A stretch of DNA of 64,000 nt from an uncultured Gammaproteobacteria bacterium (GCA_963819895.1 CAWFXU010000007.1:169593-233592); one strand, 5' to 3'. Counted from the first letter of the stretch, positions 41,733-55,527 are shown. Notes: generated by a model from the sequence alone, not told the origin. A program made the numbers and translations.

Positions 41733-41755
41733 GCCCGTATCTCCCGTTGCGCCTG

Positions 41756-43365
41756 TCAGAAGCTGTACTTGATGTTGAACGCGACGTTGTCGCGGTCGAT
41801 GATCCAGTTGTCGAAGCCGCCGCCGAAATATCTCGCGTAGCTCAGCTCGGCGATGATCTTGTCGAGCCAGGTGCCGCGCAGCGCAACGCTGGCCAGCACC
41901 GAGTCGTCGACCATGTTCGCCTCGCGCACCGTGCCGTCGAGCGTGTGGCTCACGAACACCAGCACGTTCGTGTCCAGCGCCTGCATCACGTTCTTGTAGG
42001 CGAAATCCGCGCGCACGGCGTAGCTGAAGGCGCGCGCGTCGAAGCCCAGGTCGTCGCCCTGCTTGCCCAGCACGTCGAGCCCGACGAACTCGCCGACCAC
42101 GGTGAGATCGTCCCACAGCGCATTGGGACGGAACACCTGCGTGAAGCCCACCTGCCCCTGCAGCAGCTCCTCGCGCTCGGGGGTGCCGGCGGCATTGGCG
42201 AAGGGCGTGTTCGCGCGGTACGAGAGCTCGCCGTTGACCTGCGTGTCGCCGACCAGCGTGGTGAAGCTCGCGCCCATCGTGCGGATGTCGTCGAAATAGC
42301 GTATGCGATAGCTGACCGGCAGCTGCGAGCCCGCGATGGCGACGTCCTGGCGCTCGAAGCTCGGCGCCTTGTTGTGCGCGTTCAGGTAGTAGAAGCCCAG
42401 CTCGGTGCCCGACTCCAGGCTGTAGCGCAGCGCCACGCCGTACTGGCCCTGGTCGCCGGGCTCGTCGTCCTCGAGGCGCGGGATGCAGCGGATCGAGGCC
42501 GAACAGCCCGCGCGCGCCGACGTAGAAGTTGTCGCGCGCCGGGACCGAGATAATCCTGCTGGCTGAAGTAGCTGCCGACGCCGTTCAGGATCGTGTGCTT
42601 CCAGTCGTACTGGTAGTAGGTCTGCAGTGCGAGCGCCGACGTGAGGTCGATCTGCGCGTACACCGCGCCCGTGGGCAGGAAGATCTCCTTGACCTCGGTG
42701 CCGGGCACGTTCGCGACCGAGGCGTCGAAGCGGTTCTGCATGCCGTTGATGCCGGAGAAGAAGGTCGCCTCGCCCCAGTTGATCACCTGGCTGCCGACGC
42801 GCAGGTCGAGCACGCGCTCGCCGACGTCGAAGCTCGCGTAGGCGTAGGCGTCGAGGAACTCGGCATGCGCGCCGTGCTCGTCCTCGGTCTCGTCCGGGAA
42901 GTTGCCGCAGCGGCGTCGTGGGGGCATTGTTGAAGGTACGGTAGCCGATCTCGTCCATGTCGTTGTGCTGGTTGGCGTACACGTCGTCGTAGAAGGCCTT
43001 GGCGCGCACGAACGCGCCGTAGTTGTCCTGCTTGATCTCCATGTCCACGAGCGCGGTGACGCGGTTCGAGATCAGCCCGGTATCGAAGCTGTTGTTGCCG
43101 TCGTCCATGTTCTGCGCGATCACGGTGTCCTGCGCCGTCAGGAAGGCGAAGCGCTCGGCGAAACTCCACGCCGGGTCGGGCCGGCGCAGCTGGCTGCCCT
43201 TGGCGTCCTCCACGCGCCATTGCGCGCCGTAGGTCAGTGTCGTGTCGAGCGCGAGCTGCAGCCCCGACTCGCTCTCGAAACTCAGTGCGCTGCGCCTCGA
43301 ACGGCGCCAGCAGGATGCCTCCCGCGACAATGCGCGCAATGGAGCGCGGATCTGGTTCTGTTCAC
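41756..43365 (-). pseudogene. DUF1302-family outer-membrane (porin-like) protein, about five frameshifts
   Basis: Pieces: GTG at 43365 (MNRTRSA); signal peptide IARIVAGGILLAPFEAQ; LSFESESGLQLALDTTLTYGAQWRVED; the middle part in ORF 42382..42927 (INWGEATFFSGINGMQ); a DNFYVGARGLFG segment; and the C-terminal part ending IKYSF. Shifts lie near 43335, 43293, 42908, 42535 and 42500. Span length is 3n+2. Confidence 0.8.
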
Positions 43366-43390
43366 GATGTATTCCCCTTGTGTCTGCGCA

Positions 43391-45757
43391 TCAACGCGCG
43401 GTCTCGGCCCGCAGCGCGGGCGCGGCCTTGCGCCCGATCAGGAAGTGCGCCAGCGCCGGCAGCAGCCACAGCGCGCCGACCATGTTCCACAGGAACATGA
43501 AGGTGAGCAGCTTGCCCATGTCGGCCTGGAACTTGATCGGCGACCACATCCACGTCGCCACGCCGATCGCCAGCGCCACGCCGGTCAGGCTCACCGCCGC
43601 GCCGGTGTGGCGCAGCGCGCGGTAGTAGGCCTCTTCGAGCGTCATGCCCTGCTGCAGGAAGATCTGCAGGCGGTTGTAGATGTAGATTGCATAGTCGACG
43701 CCCACGCCGACGCCGAGCGCGATCACCGGCAGCGTGGCGACCTTGACGCCGATCCCGAACCAGGCCATCAGCGCGTTGCACAGCACCGAGGTCAGGCCGA
43801 GCGGCACCATGATGCAGATCACCGCGGTGAAGGAACGGAAACTGAGGAACACCAGCGCCGCGACCACCGAGTAGACGAGGATCAGGATCTGGGTCTGCGC
43901 GGTGGCGATTTCCTCGTTCGTCGCCGCCTCGACGCCGGCGTTGCCCGCGGCCAGCACGAAGCGGATGTCCTCGCTGTCGTGCCGTGCCGCGAAGGCCTTC
44001 ACCTCGCGCACCACGGTGGCCAGCGTGTCGGCCTTGTGGTCGGTCAGGAACAGCGCGACCGGCGCCAGGCTGCAGTCGGCGTTCACCAGCTGCGGCGGCA
44101 CCATGCCGAAGGTGGTGTCCAGCGCGCGCTGGTTGCGGACCAGCGTGGCCCACTTCAGGCTGCCCTCGTTGAAGCCCATGGTCACGAGCCGCGCCACCTC
44201 GGCGAGCGACATCGTCGACTCCACGCCGGGCACGTTCTGCATCTGCCAGGCAAAGCGGTCGATCAGCGCGAGACTGGAATAGAGGAAACAGGTCTCGGGC
44301 TTCGTCTCGACCATCACGACCAGCACGTCCGAGCTGGTCGAGTAGTTCTCGGTGATGAAGCTGTTGTCGAGGTTGTAGCGCGAGTGCGGGTGCAGTTCGG
44401 GCGCCCCCGCGTCGAGATCGCCGATCTGCGAGCCCGCGACCGGCCATGATCCCCAGCGTGTAGCCGGCGAGCGCGAGCAGCACCGACACCGCGGCGAGGC
44501 GCGGACTGGCACAGCGGGCCAGCAACCGCCAGATCGCGGGATCCGCCGCCTGGCGCTCGGCGATGCGCTGTGTGCCGCGGGGCGAGATGCCGAGGTAGGA
44601 CATGAGCACCGGCAGCAGCACCAGGTTCGTGAGCACGATGACGCCGACGCCGACGCTGGCAGCGATGCCGAGATCCTGGATCACCTCGATGTCGATCAGC
44701 ATCATGGTGAGGAAGCCGACCGCGTCGGTGAGCAGCGCCGCCATGCCGGCGATGTAGAGGCCGCGAAAGCCGAGCCTCGCCGCCATGATGCGCGACCTGC
44801 CCGCGACGGTTTCCGCGCCCGTGGCGTTGACGACCTGGACGCCGTGGCTGACGCCGATCGCGAAGATCAGGAAGGGAATCAGTATCGAGTAGGCATTGAG
44901 ACCGTAGCCGAGCGTGGTCAGCAGCCCCATCTGCCAGATCACCGCCATGACCGAGCACGCGATGGGCGCGATGGTGGCCGCGAGACTGCGCGTGTAGAAG
45001 AACAGCATCGCCGAGGTGATGACGACGGTGATCACCGCGAACAGGAAGATCGCCGTGACCCCTTCCAGCAGGTCGCCCACGATCTTGGCGAAGCCGATGA
45101 TGTGCACCCGCACCTTGTCGTCCTGGAAGCGGTCGCGGATGCGCGTCTCGAGCTCCTGCGAGAACGCGTGGTAATCGAGCTGCTTGCCGGTGATCGGGAT
45201 CGCGGTCGAATATCGGCGCCTCGACGATGCTGGAGCGCATGTTGTTGGCCACCAGGCGGCCGACCTGCCCCGAGCGCATCAGGTTGTGGCGCAGCACCTC
45301 CAGGCTCTCGGCGGAGCCGTCGTAGGTGTCGGGCATCACGACGCCGCCCTCGAAGCCCGACTCCGTGACCTCGGTCCAGCGCACCGTGGGCGTCCACAGC
45401 GACTTCAGCCGGTTGCGGTCGATGCCCTCGATGTAGAAGACCTCGTCGGTGACCTTGCGCAGCATCTCGAGGTAGTGCGGATCGAAGATGTCGCCCTGCG
45501 TGTTCTCGACGGCGATCTGTATCGTCGTGCCCGAGGCGCCGAGCTCGGCGATGTGCTTCATCATGCCCTGGATGAAGGGGTGCTGCATCGGGATCATCTT
45601 CTCGAAGCTGGCGTCGGGGCGCAGCTTCGCGGTCTGCCAGGCGAAGAATACCGTCAGCAGCAGGAATACCGCGATCAGCAGCGGCCGCTGCCCGAACACC
45701 AGCCGCTCGATGAAGCTGTTCCTCGCGCCTGGCCACGGAATCCGCTTCCGCCGCCAT
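43391..45757 (-). pseudogene. RND-superfamily (MMPL-like) membrane transporter, three frameshifts
   Basis: ATG at 45757, preceded by gggagg. Pieces come from ORFs 44314..45699, 43362..45113 and 43391..44512. Shifts lie near 45722, 45190 and 44438. Two 6-TM bundles with large loops. Span length is 3n. Confidence 0.8.
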
Positions 45758-45758
45758 C

Positions 45759-46949
45759 TCAGCGCCCTCCCGCCGGCGCGGGGTCACCGGCCACCGCGAG
45801 GCTTCCACCGCCGTCGCCCGCCAGGCGCATCACGCCCTTCTCTCCGACCAGTACGACGCTGCCGTCGGGTGCGACGGCGACGCGCGGCCAGGTTGTCGCG
45901 CAGCCGATCGACGCCGTGCTCCTCGAGCACGGCGGCATCGAGCCGCGCGCGCAGGATCGTGCCCACGCTGCCCACGATCAGTGCCTCGCCCTCGCGCACG
46001 ACGGCAGCGCCGGCGAGCACGGACTCGCTGCGCGCTGTGCAGGCGCCGTCCAGGTGTCGCCGAAATCCCGCGAGACCAGCACGTTGCCCTGCAGGCCGAT
46101 ACACGTAGACGGTGTCGCCGGGCGGCACGGTGAATGCGCCGAACAGCGTGCCCCGCGTAGGCCGCAGGGAGCGGCTCCCAGCTGCGCGCCGCCGTCGCGC
46201 GAGCGGAACATGATCCCGGATTCGCCGACGATCAGCAGCCTGCCGCCACCGCCCGGGGCGATCGCGTAGTAGTGCAGCTCATCGGGGTTGTCCATGCGCG
46301 CCCGCGCGTCGGACCACGTGCGTCCGCCGTCCGCGGTGACGAGCAGGCTGCCGTAGGCGCCCACCGCGATGCCGTGCCCGGCATCCGCGAACCAGACGTC
46401 CATCAAGGGCGGCGCGTACACCGGCTCGGCAAGGCGTTCCTCGGCTTCCTCGAGCGTCGAGGCGGGCCTCCTCGATGGCTGCCGGGTCACCGCCACCGCT
46501 CTCCAGCGCCGCGAGCGCGCGCTTCGCTTGCTTCCAGCGCGCGCCCGGTCCAGCTCCGCCTGCGCGGCCACGCCGTCGCGCTGCAGCTGCCAGCTCGCAC
46601 CGCCGTCGCTGCTGGCGATGACCATCCCGTCGTGTCCCACGGCCCAGCCGTGCCGGGCATCGGCGAACCATACCGCCGTCAGCAGGACCGACACCGGAAC
46701 CCGTGCCTGCGTCCAGCTCTGGCCCGAATCGTCGGAATACAGCACGTGGCCGCGCTCGCCCACCGCGACCAGCCGTTCGCCGGCGCGCACGATGTCGACG
46801 AGCAGGCTGTGCTGCGCGCGCGGCATCATCATTGCCGGCTCGGGCGCGGCCACCGCGGGAGCGGGGAGGCACGGCAACGCGGCCAGCGCGAGCCAGCCCA
46901 TGCACGGTGCGAAACGGAGGAAAAACGCCGTCGAAACGAATTTGCGCAT
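45759..46949 (-). pseudogene. BNR/Asp-box beta-propeller protein (Ycf48-like), about six or more frameshifts
   Basis: Signal peptide MRKFVSTAFF...LPAPAVAA. Asp-boxes SDDSGQSWT, SSDGGASWQ, TADGGRTWS and SRDFGDTWT are spread over three frames (ORFs 45978..47003, 46279..46905, 45784..46128). The proposed stop lies 1 nt before the RND start. Boundaries are less certain than for its neighbours. Confidence 0.65.
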
Positions 46950-47053
46950 CCCGATCCTGTTGTTTGTATCCGGGAAAACGAACGGAGGCATTCTATCCAC
47001 CACGCCCGCAATTCCGCATGATATGCATCAAAAGCGGCTTCGAGGCAACAGGA

Positions 47054-47915
47054 ATGAACGGCAATGACAATGAACAGCAGGTCGAGTTCTGGAACGGCGA
47101 GGGCGGGCGGCGCTGGGCCGAGCACGATGCGCAGTTCGAGCGCACCATCGGCCCGCTGACCGCGCCGCTGCTCGCGCGCATCGGACCGGATACCGCCACG
47201 CGCGCGCTGGACATCGGCTGCGGCTGCGGCAACCAGACGCTGGCGCTGGCGCGCCACCTCGGCCCGGGCGCGCACGTCACCGGCATCGACATCTCCGCGC
47301 CCATGCTGGCGCATAGCGCGCCGGCGCGCGGCCGCGCACGCCGCGCCTGTCGAGTGCCTGCTCGCCGATGCCTCGACGCACCGGTTCGAGCCGGCGAGCT
47401 TCGAACTGCTGTTCTCGCGCTTCGGCGTGATGTTCTTCGCCGACCCGGTGGCGGCCTTCCGCAACCTGCACGCGGCCTGCACGCCGCGGCGCGCGCCTGG
47501 TGTTCTGCTGCTGGCAGGCACCGGCGCTGAACGACTGGCTCCGGCTGCCGCTGCAGGCCGCGCTGCGCCACGTGCCCGCGCCGGCAGCGACGGATCCGCA
47601 CGCGCCGGGGCCCTTCGCCTTCGCCGACCGCGCGCGCGTCACCGGCATCCTCGAGGCGGCCGGCTTCGACGCCGTGCAGTTCGACGACCTGCAGACGGAG
47701 CTCTGCTTCGCCGAGGGCGATACCCTCGCCGCGGCCACCGATGCGATGGTGCAGGCGGGGCCGGTGAGCGCGCTGCATCGCGCCGCTCGACGACGACCAG
47801 CGCGCGCGCGCCCTCGCCGACATCGGCGCGGCTCTCGCGCCGCACTACCGCGACGGCCGAATGATGATGCGCTCGGCGGCGTGGCTGGTCTCGGCCAGAG
47901 CGGATCGCCGGATGA
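47054..47915 (+). pseudogene. class I SAM-dependent methyltransferase, three or four frameshifts
   Basis: SAM motif is ALDIGCGCGNQTLALA. Pieces lie in ORFs 46703..47530, 47427..47864, 47500..47949 and 47861... Shifts lie near 47300, 47490 and 47785. The 3' end is uncertain: there is a possible ATGA overlap at 47912-47915. Confidence 0.7.
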
Positions 47916-50638
47916 AATTCGCGCCGCTCACGCTGGTCACTGGCGCTGATACTGGCCGTCTGCGGCGGCATCCTGCTCGGTGGCGGCGGCGCGCTGTTCG
48001 GCTTCGTGCTCGGCGTGCTGGCCGGCTGGCAGATCGCGCTGAACGAGCGCCTGCGCAAGCTCGAGAGCGCGCTCGCCGCGGCGCCGCCACCGACAGCGGC
48101 ACTCCCCGAGCCGCGCGGCGTCCCCGCGCGCGACACGGCGCCGCGACATCGATGCCCGTGGCCGCCGCGGTCGCAGCCGCCGGTTCCGGCCGCCGGCCCC
48201 GGCTGGCAGGAACCCGCAACGCGCAGGCCCCGCGGCGCATCCGGCAGCACACGCCGGCACACGCCCGGCAGAGCGCAGCGGCCCGGGCGCCGAACGCGGT
48301 CGATCGCGGCATCGCGTGGCTCAAGGACTACGCGACCACCGGCAACGTGGTCGCCAAGGCCGGCGTGCTGGTGCTGTTCGTCGGCGTGTCCTTCCTGCTG
48401 AAGTACGCGGTCGAGCGCAACGCGCTGCCGATCGAGGTGCGGCTCGCGGGCACCGCCGCGGCGGCGCTCGCGCTGATCGTCACCGGCTGGCGCCTGCGCG
48501 CGCGCCGCGCGGCCTTCGGGCTGATCCTGCAGGGCGGCGGCATCGGCATCCTCTACCTCACGATCTTCGCGGCGGCGCGGCTCTACCAGCTGCTGCCGCT
48601 CGGCTTCACCTTCGTGCTGCTGCTCGCGCTGGTGGCGCTGTCGGCCGCACTCGCGGTGCTGCAGGATGCGCGCGCGCTGGCAACGCTGGGCACCATCGGC
48701 GGCTTCCTCGCGCCGGTGCTGACCTCCACCGGCAGCGGCAGCCACGTGGCGCTGTTCAGCTACTACGCGCTGCTGAACCTCGGCATCGTCGGCATCGCCT
48801 GGTTCAAGGCCTGGCGCGTGCTGAACCTCACCGGTTTCGTGTTCACCTTCGTCATCGCCGCCGCCTGGGGCCACCGCTACTACCGGCCCGAGTACTTCGC
48901 CAGCACCGAGCCCTTCCTGGTGCTGTCGTTCCTGTTCTACGTCGCGGTCGCGGCGCTGTTCGCGCACCGCCATCCGCCGCGCCTGCGCGGCTACGTCGAC
49001 GGCACGCTGGTCTTCGGCCTGCCGCTGGTGTTCTTCGCGCTGCAGTGGCCGCTGGTACGCGACATCGAGTTCGGCCGCGCGTGGAGCGCCCTGGGCATGG
49101 GCGCGGTCTATCTGCTGGTGGCGCGCTGGCTGTGGCGCCGCGGGCTGGCCGAGCTGCGCATGCTGAACGAATGCTTTCTCGCGCTCGGGGTGATGGCGCT
49201 CAGCGTCGCGATCCCCTTCGCCTTCGACGGCCACATCACCGCCGCGGCCTGGGCGCTGGAAGGCGCCGGGCTGGTGTGGATCGGCGCTGCGCCAGCAGCG
49301 TGTGCTGGCGCGCGCCTGGGGCGTGCTGCTGCAGTTCGCCGCGGGCCTGGCGTTCTGGCTCATCGCCAGCGGCAGCGCCGCGCACACCGCGCTGCTGAAC
49401 GCGCAGTTCCTCGGCGGCGTGTTCATCAGCGCGGGCGCGCTCGCCTCGCGCCTGCCTGCTGTTCCGCGGTCGCGGGCTGCTGCGCCCGCGCGAGCGCCAC
49501 CTGCACCGGCTGCTGCTCGGCTGGGGCCTGCTGTGGTGGTTCGGCAACGGCGCGCACGAGATCGGCCTGCACGTCGCGCCGCGCCTCGAGACAGCGGCGC
49601 TGCTCGGCTTCGGCGGCGCCAGCGTCGCGGCGCTGGCCGTGGCCGCGACGCGCCTCGGCTGGAAGCCGGCCGCAGCGTGCCACGCTGCTGTGGCTGCCCG
49701 CCCTGGCCTGGTTCGCGCTGTTCGACTATGCGCAGCATCCCGCGGCCGGCCCGCTGGCCGGGTGGCGCGCCGCGGGCTGGCTCGCGGCGCTCGCGGCGCT
49801 GTACCTGGCGTTGCGCCGCGCCGAGGGCGCCTGCAGCCGGGCGCTGCTGGCCGCGGCGCACGCCGGCGCGCTGTGGCTGGTGGTGTTCCTGCTCGCGTGG
49901 AGCGCGCGCTGGGGCATCAACGAGCTGCTGCCCGAGGCGCATGCCTGGGCCTTCGTCGCCTGGGGCCTGGTGCCGGCAATCGCGCTGGCGCTGCTGCCCG
50001 CCTGGTCGCGGCGCGGTGGCTGGCCGGCCGGACGCTTCGGGGCGCTGTACCCCGCCAACGCGGCCGCGGGGCTCGCGTTCGCGGCGCTGGCCTGGGTGTT
50101 CGCGGCGAACTTCGACGCCGGCGATCCGCGCCCGCTGCCCTACCTGCCGCTCGCGAACCCGCTGGAGCTCGCGCAGGCCGCGGTACTGCTGCTGGTACTG
50201 CGTTGGTGGCGACAGGTGCGCGACGTCGGCGAATTCGTGCTGCGCCCGATACCGGCGCTGCTGCCGGTGGCGCTGGGCGCCAGCGCCTTCCTGTGGCTGA
50301 ACGCGGCGACCGCGCGCGCCGTGCACCACCTCGGCGGCGTGGGCTTCAGCGCGCACGCGCTGCACCGCTCGCCGGTGTTCCAGGGCAGCATCTCGGTGCT
50401 GTGGGCGCTCACGGCGCTGGCGGTGATGTTCGCCGCCACGCGCAGCGGCCGGCGCTGGCTGTGGCTCGGCGGCGGCGCGCTGCTCGCGGCGCTGGTGCTG
50501 AAGCTGTTCTTCGTCGATCTGGCGGGCAGCGGCACGGTGGCGCGCATCGTCTCGTTCCTGGGCGCCGGCGGACTGATGGTGCTGATCGGCTATCTGTCAC
50601 CGGCGCCGCCGCGCCAGGCGCGGGAGGCGCAGCCATGA
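47912..50638 (+). pseudogene. DUF2339-family polytopic membrane protein, about six frameshifts
   Basis: Short N-terminal TM segment, then a coiled segment (NERLRKLESALAAA) and a Pro-rich linker. About 18-20 TM segments follow (VLVLFVGVSFLLKYAVERNALP ... LFFVDLAGSGTVARIVSFLGAGGLMVLIGYL). Out-of-frame stretches run 47940-48300 and 49290-49675. Confidence 0.7.
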
Positions 50639-52015
50639 AGACACGGGCCTGGACATTCCTCGCACTGCTCGGCGCCCTGGCGCATGGCCATGCGGCCGAG
50701 GCCCCGGCAGCGCCGGTGACGCCGCAGCAGTTCGCGTGGCGCTTCGCGATCGAGGCGCCGCAGCAGACGCCGCTGCAGCGCCTGGCGCTCGATGAAGCGC
50801 TCTACGGCAGCGTGGCGCGCGCCGATCTGGGTGATCTGCGCGTGTTCAATGCCGACGGCGAAGTGCTGGAGCACGCGATCGTGGCGCCGCGCGCACCCGC
50901 CGCCGCGGCGCGCGAACCCGTGGCGCTGCGGCTGTTCCCGCTGCGCGGCGAGGAAACGCCGGCGGCGGGCGGCTCGCTGCGGATCAGGCTCGACGCCAGC
51001 GGCGCGCTGCTCGACCTGTCAGGCGCTGGCGCCGGCGCGCAGCCGGTCAGCGCCTACCTGGTCGACGCCGGCACCGGACACGCCGCGATCGCCGACGCTG
51101 AGGCTGGCCTGGGGCGAGGACACGCCCGATTTCGTCAGCACCGTGACGCTGGAGAGCAGCACGGACCTGCGCGCCTGGCGCGCCGTGGGCACGGCGGCGG
51201 TAGCGAGTCTCACGCACGCGGGGCAGCGCCTCGCCCGCCACGAAATCACGCTGGACGTCAGCCCCGACCGCTACCTGCGCCTGCAGTGGCCCGCGGGCGT
51301 CAAGGGCGTCGAACTGACGAGCGCAAGCGCGCTGCTGCGCGAACGCGCCGAACCGCAGGCGCGGCACTGGACGCGTATCGAGGGCAGCACGGTGGCGGAT
51401 ACGCCGCACGCCTGGGAATTCGACGCGCGCGGCTGGCTGCCCGCCGACCGGCTGCGCATCGTCTTCGCCGAGCCCAACAGCATGGCGACATTGCGCCTGC
51501 TGTCGCGCCCCGCCGCCGATGCGCCCTGGCGCGAGCGCGCCGATGCACTGTTCTACCGGCTGCGGGTCGAGGGCACCGAACTCACGAGCGCCGAGATGCC
51601 CGTCGAGCGCCGGCGCGACCGTTACTGGCGCATCGAGGCGCGCGAAGGCAACGGCAAGGCGCCGGCACTGGAGCTCGGCTGGGCGCCGGACGAACTGGTG
51701 TTCATCGCGCGCGGCCGCGCCCCGTTCCAGCTCGCCGCCGGCAGCGCGCGCGTCGCGCCGGCGGCGCAACCGGTCAACCGCTTGCTCGCGGATCTCGACG
51801 ACACGCATCGCGCGGCACTCACCGGCAGCGCCCGGCTCGGCGGACGCAGCAGCCTGGCCGGCCCCGATGCGCTGCGACCGCTGCCGCCGCCGGTGCCGTG
51901 GCAGCGCTACCTGCTGTGGGCGCTGCTGATCGGCGGCGTGCTGCTGCTGCTCGCGATGGCGATGCGGCTGTACCGGCAGATGAACGCGCCGCTCGCGGGA
52001 CCGCCCGCCGACTGA
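50635..52015 (+). pseudogene. DUF3999-family protein (signal peptide, C-terminal TM anchor), one frameshift
   Basis: ATG at 50635 overlaps the DUF2339 stop (ATGA). MKTRAWTFLALLGALAHGHA is the N-terminus. The shift is near 51093. The rest is ORF 50792..52015, ending with the TM segment WQRYLLWALLIGGVLLLLAMAM. Confidence 0.75.
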
Positions 52016-52091
52016 GCCTCGCGCCTCGCGCGCGCCCGCGGCATGACGCACAATGCGCGGCCATGACAGCACGACACCCACGGGAGCAGGC

Positions 52092-53297
52092 ATGAGCGCG
52101 ATCGGGAGCGCGGGTTTCTCGCTGGCCGACGAGGCGCGCCGGATGCGCCGGCGACTGATCGCGCACATCGAGGCCGGCGGCACCACCGACCTGGCGCCCG
52201 AGACGCTGAGCGTGCCGGCGAGCGTCTACACCGACCCGACGCGATTCGCCGTCGAGCGGCACGAGATCTTCGGCGAACTGCCGCTGCTGGCGGGACTGTC
52301 CGGCGACATCGCGCGCCCCGGCGACCTCATGCTGTTCGACGCCGCGGGCCCCGAGGTCCTGATCGTGCGCGGCCACGACGGCGCGGTGCACGCGTTCCTC
52401 AACCTGTGCCGCCACCGCGGCGCGCGCCTGGTGTCGCACTGCGCGCCGCGCCAGCGCATCACCTGCCCGTTCCACAACTGGAGCTATGACCTCGACGGTC
52501 GCCTGGTCGGCATCCCGGTCGCACAGGCCTTCGACGGGCTCGACCGCGCCGCGCACGGCCTGCTGCGCGTGCCGGTGGCCGAATGGCACGGCATGATCTT
52601 CGTGATCGCGCGTCCGGGCGACGAAACCATCGACGTCGAGGAATTCCTCGGGCCCGCCGCGCCGCTGTTCGCGGCACTGGACCTGGCCGGCGCGACACCG
52701 GTGCACGCCGACACGCTGCGCGTGAGCGCGAACTGGAAGCTCGCGCTCGATTCCTTCTGCGAGCCCTACCACGTGCCGGCGGCGCACCCGCAAACGCTGG
52801 CGCCCGCGCTGGTGCCGTGGGTCGCGATCTACGACCGCTTCGGCATTCACCAGCGCTACGCCTCGCCGGGCGCCGAGGTGAAGGACTACGCCGGCAAGGC
52901 GGACACCGAACTGCCCGAGCCCTATTACCAGGGCGTGCACTCGCTGTTCCCGAACACCACGTTCACCGTCGGGCGCCTGGTCGGCATCGGCAACCGCGAG
53001 CCCTTCATCGCCTTCTACCGCATCTTCCCCGGCGATTCGGTCGGCGAGGCGCTGGCGCACGGCTCGATCTACCTGCCGCGCGGCGGCGACCCGGCCACGA
53101 TCCCGGATCTCGAAAAGGCGCACGCGAGCATCATGCAGGTGGTGAGCGGCGAGGACTTCGTGATTGCCGCCGACAGCTGGAAGCGGCTCGCGGGCGCGCC
53201 GCCCGGCTACCGGCTCACGTTCGGGCGCAACGAGATGCTGCTGCAGCAGAACCACCGCCTGATCGCCGACCTGATCGGGATGCCGATCGTTTCCTGA
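52092..53297 (+). CDS. Rieske (2Fe-2S) aromatic-ring-hydroxylating oxygenase alpha subunit family
   Basis: Rieske motif is CRHRGARL...CPFHNWSY. A catalytic-domain His pair candidate lies around EPYHVPAAH. The ATG at 52092 is preferred (gggag upstream); the alternative start is 52053. Confidence 0.85.
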   Translation: MSAIGSAGFSLADEARRMRRRLIAHIEAGGTTDLAPETLSVPASVYTDPTRFAVERHEIFGELPLLAGLSGDIARPGDLMLFDAAGPEVLIVRGHDGAVHAFLNLCRHRGARLVSHCAPRQRITCPFHNWSYDLDGRLVGIPVAQAFDGLDRAAHGLLRVPVAEWHGMIFVIARPGDETIDVEEFLGPAAPLFAALDLAGATPVHADTLRVSANWKLALDSFCEPYHVPAAHPQTLAPALVPWVAIYDRFGIHQRYASPGAEVKDYAGKADTELPEPYYQGVHSLFPNTTFTVGRLVGIGNREPFIAFYRIFPGDSVGEALAHGSIYLPRGGDPATIPDLEKAHASIMQVVSGEDFVIAADSWKRLAGAPPGYRLTFGRNEMLLQQNHRLIADLIGMPIVS

Positions 53298-53322
53298 GCG
53301 CCCCACACCGGACACATCGCCC

Positions 53323-54643
<1,321 letters not shown>

Positions 54644-54689
54644 ACGGCACGCGCCGGGCGCCTGGCCCGGCAACGTGAGGCGCCCGCCT

Positions 54690-55416
54690 TCAGGGCTCGC
54701 CGCGGGCCGCGGTTGCGTGGCCGAGTTGCTGCAACTCGGCAGCGGACAGCCAGCGCCACTCCCCCGGCCCCAGCTCCGGCGGCAGCACGAATCCGCCCAC
54801 CGCCTCGCGGTGCAGCGCCTCGACCCGGTTGCCCACGGCCGCGAGCATGCGCTTGACCTGGTGGTACCTGCCCTCGCTCACGGTGAGGCGCAGGCAACGC
54901 TCCCCGAGCTGTTCGCAGGCAACCGCGGCCACGGGCGCGGGATCGTCGTGGAGCACCACGCCCGCGCGCAGGCGCTCGAGCTGCTGCCCGTCCAGCGGAT
55001 GTTTCGTGGTGACCAGGTAGACCTTTGCCACCTTGCGCTTGCCCGAGGCCAGCGCGTGGTTGAGCTGGCCGTCGTCGGTCAGCAGCAGCAGCCCCGTGGT
55101 GTCCTCGTCGAGCCGCCCGACCGGCTGCACGCCGCGCTCGCGCAGGGGCAGCGGCAGCAGTTCCAGCACGCTGCGGTGGTGCTGCGGCTGGCGCGAGCAT
55201 TCGTAGCCGGCCGGCTTGTTCAGCACCACGGTGGCGAATTCGGCACCACGGCCAGTCTACGCCGTCGACCGTGAACACCAGCCCCTCGGTGGCGATCTCG
55301 ACCGCGGGGTCGTCACGGACCGCGCCCCCGATCGCGACCCGTCCCTGCCTGACGAGCGTGCGGCAGGCCCGGCGCGTGCCGAAGCCGCTGTGGTGGAGGA
55401 TGCGTTCGAGTTGCAT
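54690..55416 (-). pseudogene. rsuA: 16S rRNA pseudouridine(516) synthase, one frameshift
   Basis: S4 domain MQLERILHHSGFGTRRACRTLVRQGRV starts at ATG 55416. The catalytic part is ORF 54690..55229 (GRLDEDTTGLLLLTDDG, SEGRYHQVKRMLAAVGNRV). The shift is near 55251. Confidence 0.85.
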
Positions 55417-55527
55417 GGCCCGCATTCTAGCGGCCCGGCTGGCGCGCGGGCGGCGCCTCGGGGACAATGTCCCGCGAGCAGCGGACACCCGCCGCCAACG
55501 CGTCATTCATCGATCAGGGGACACCAC

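Noticed and set aside
55216-55527. N-terminal 104 codons of ORF 55216..55965
   Set aside because: This part overlaps the rsuA coding region on the opposite strand and is not protein-like. The signal peptide of the thioredoxin-fold protein begins at the GTG at 55528.
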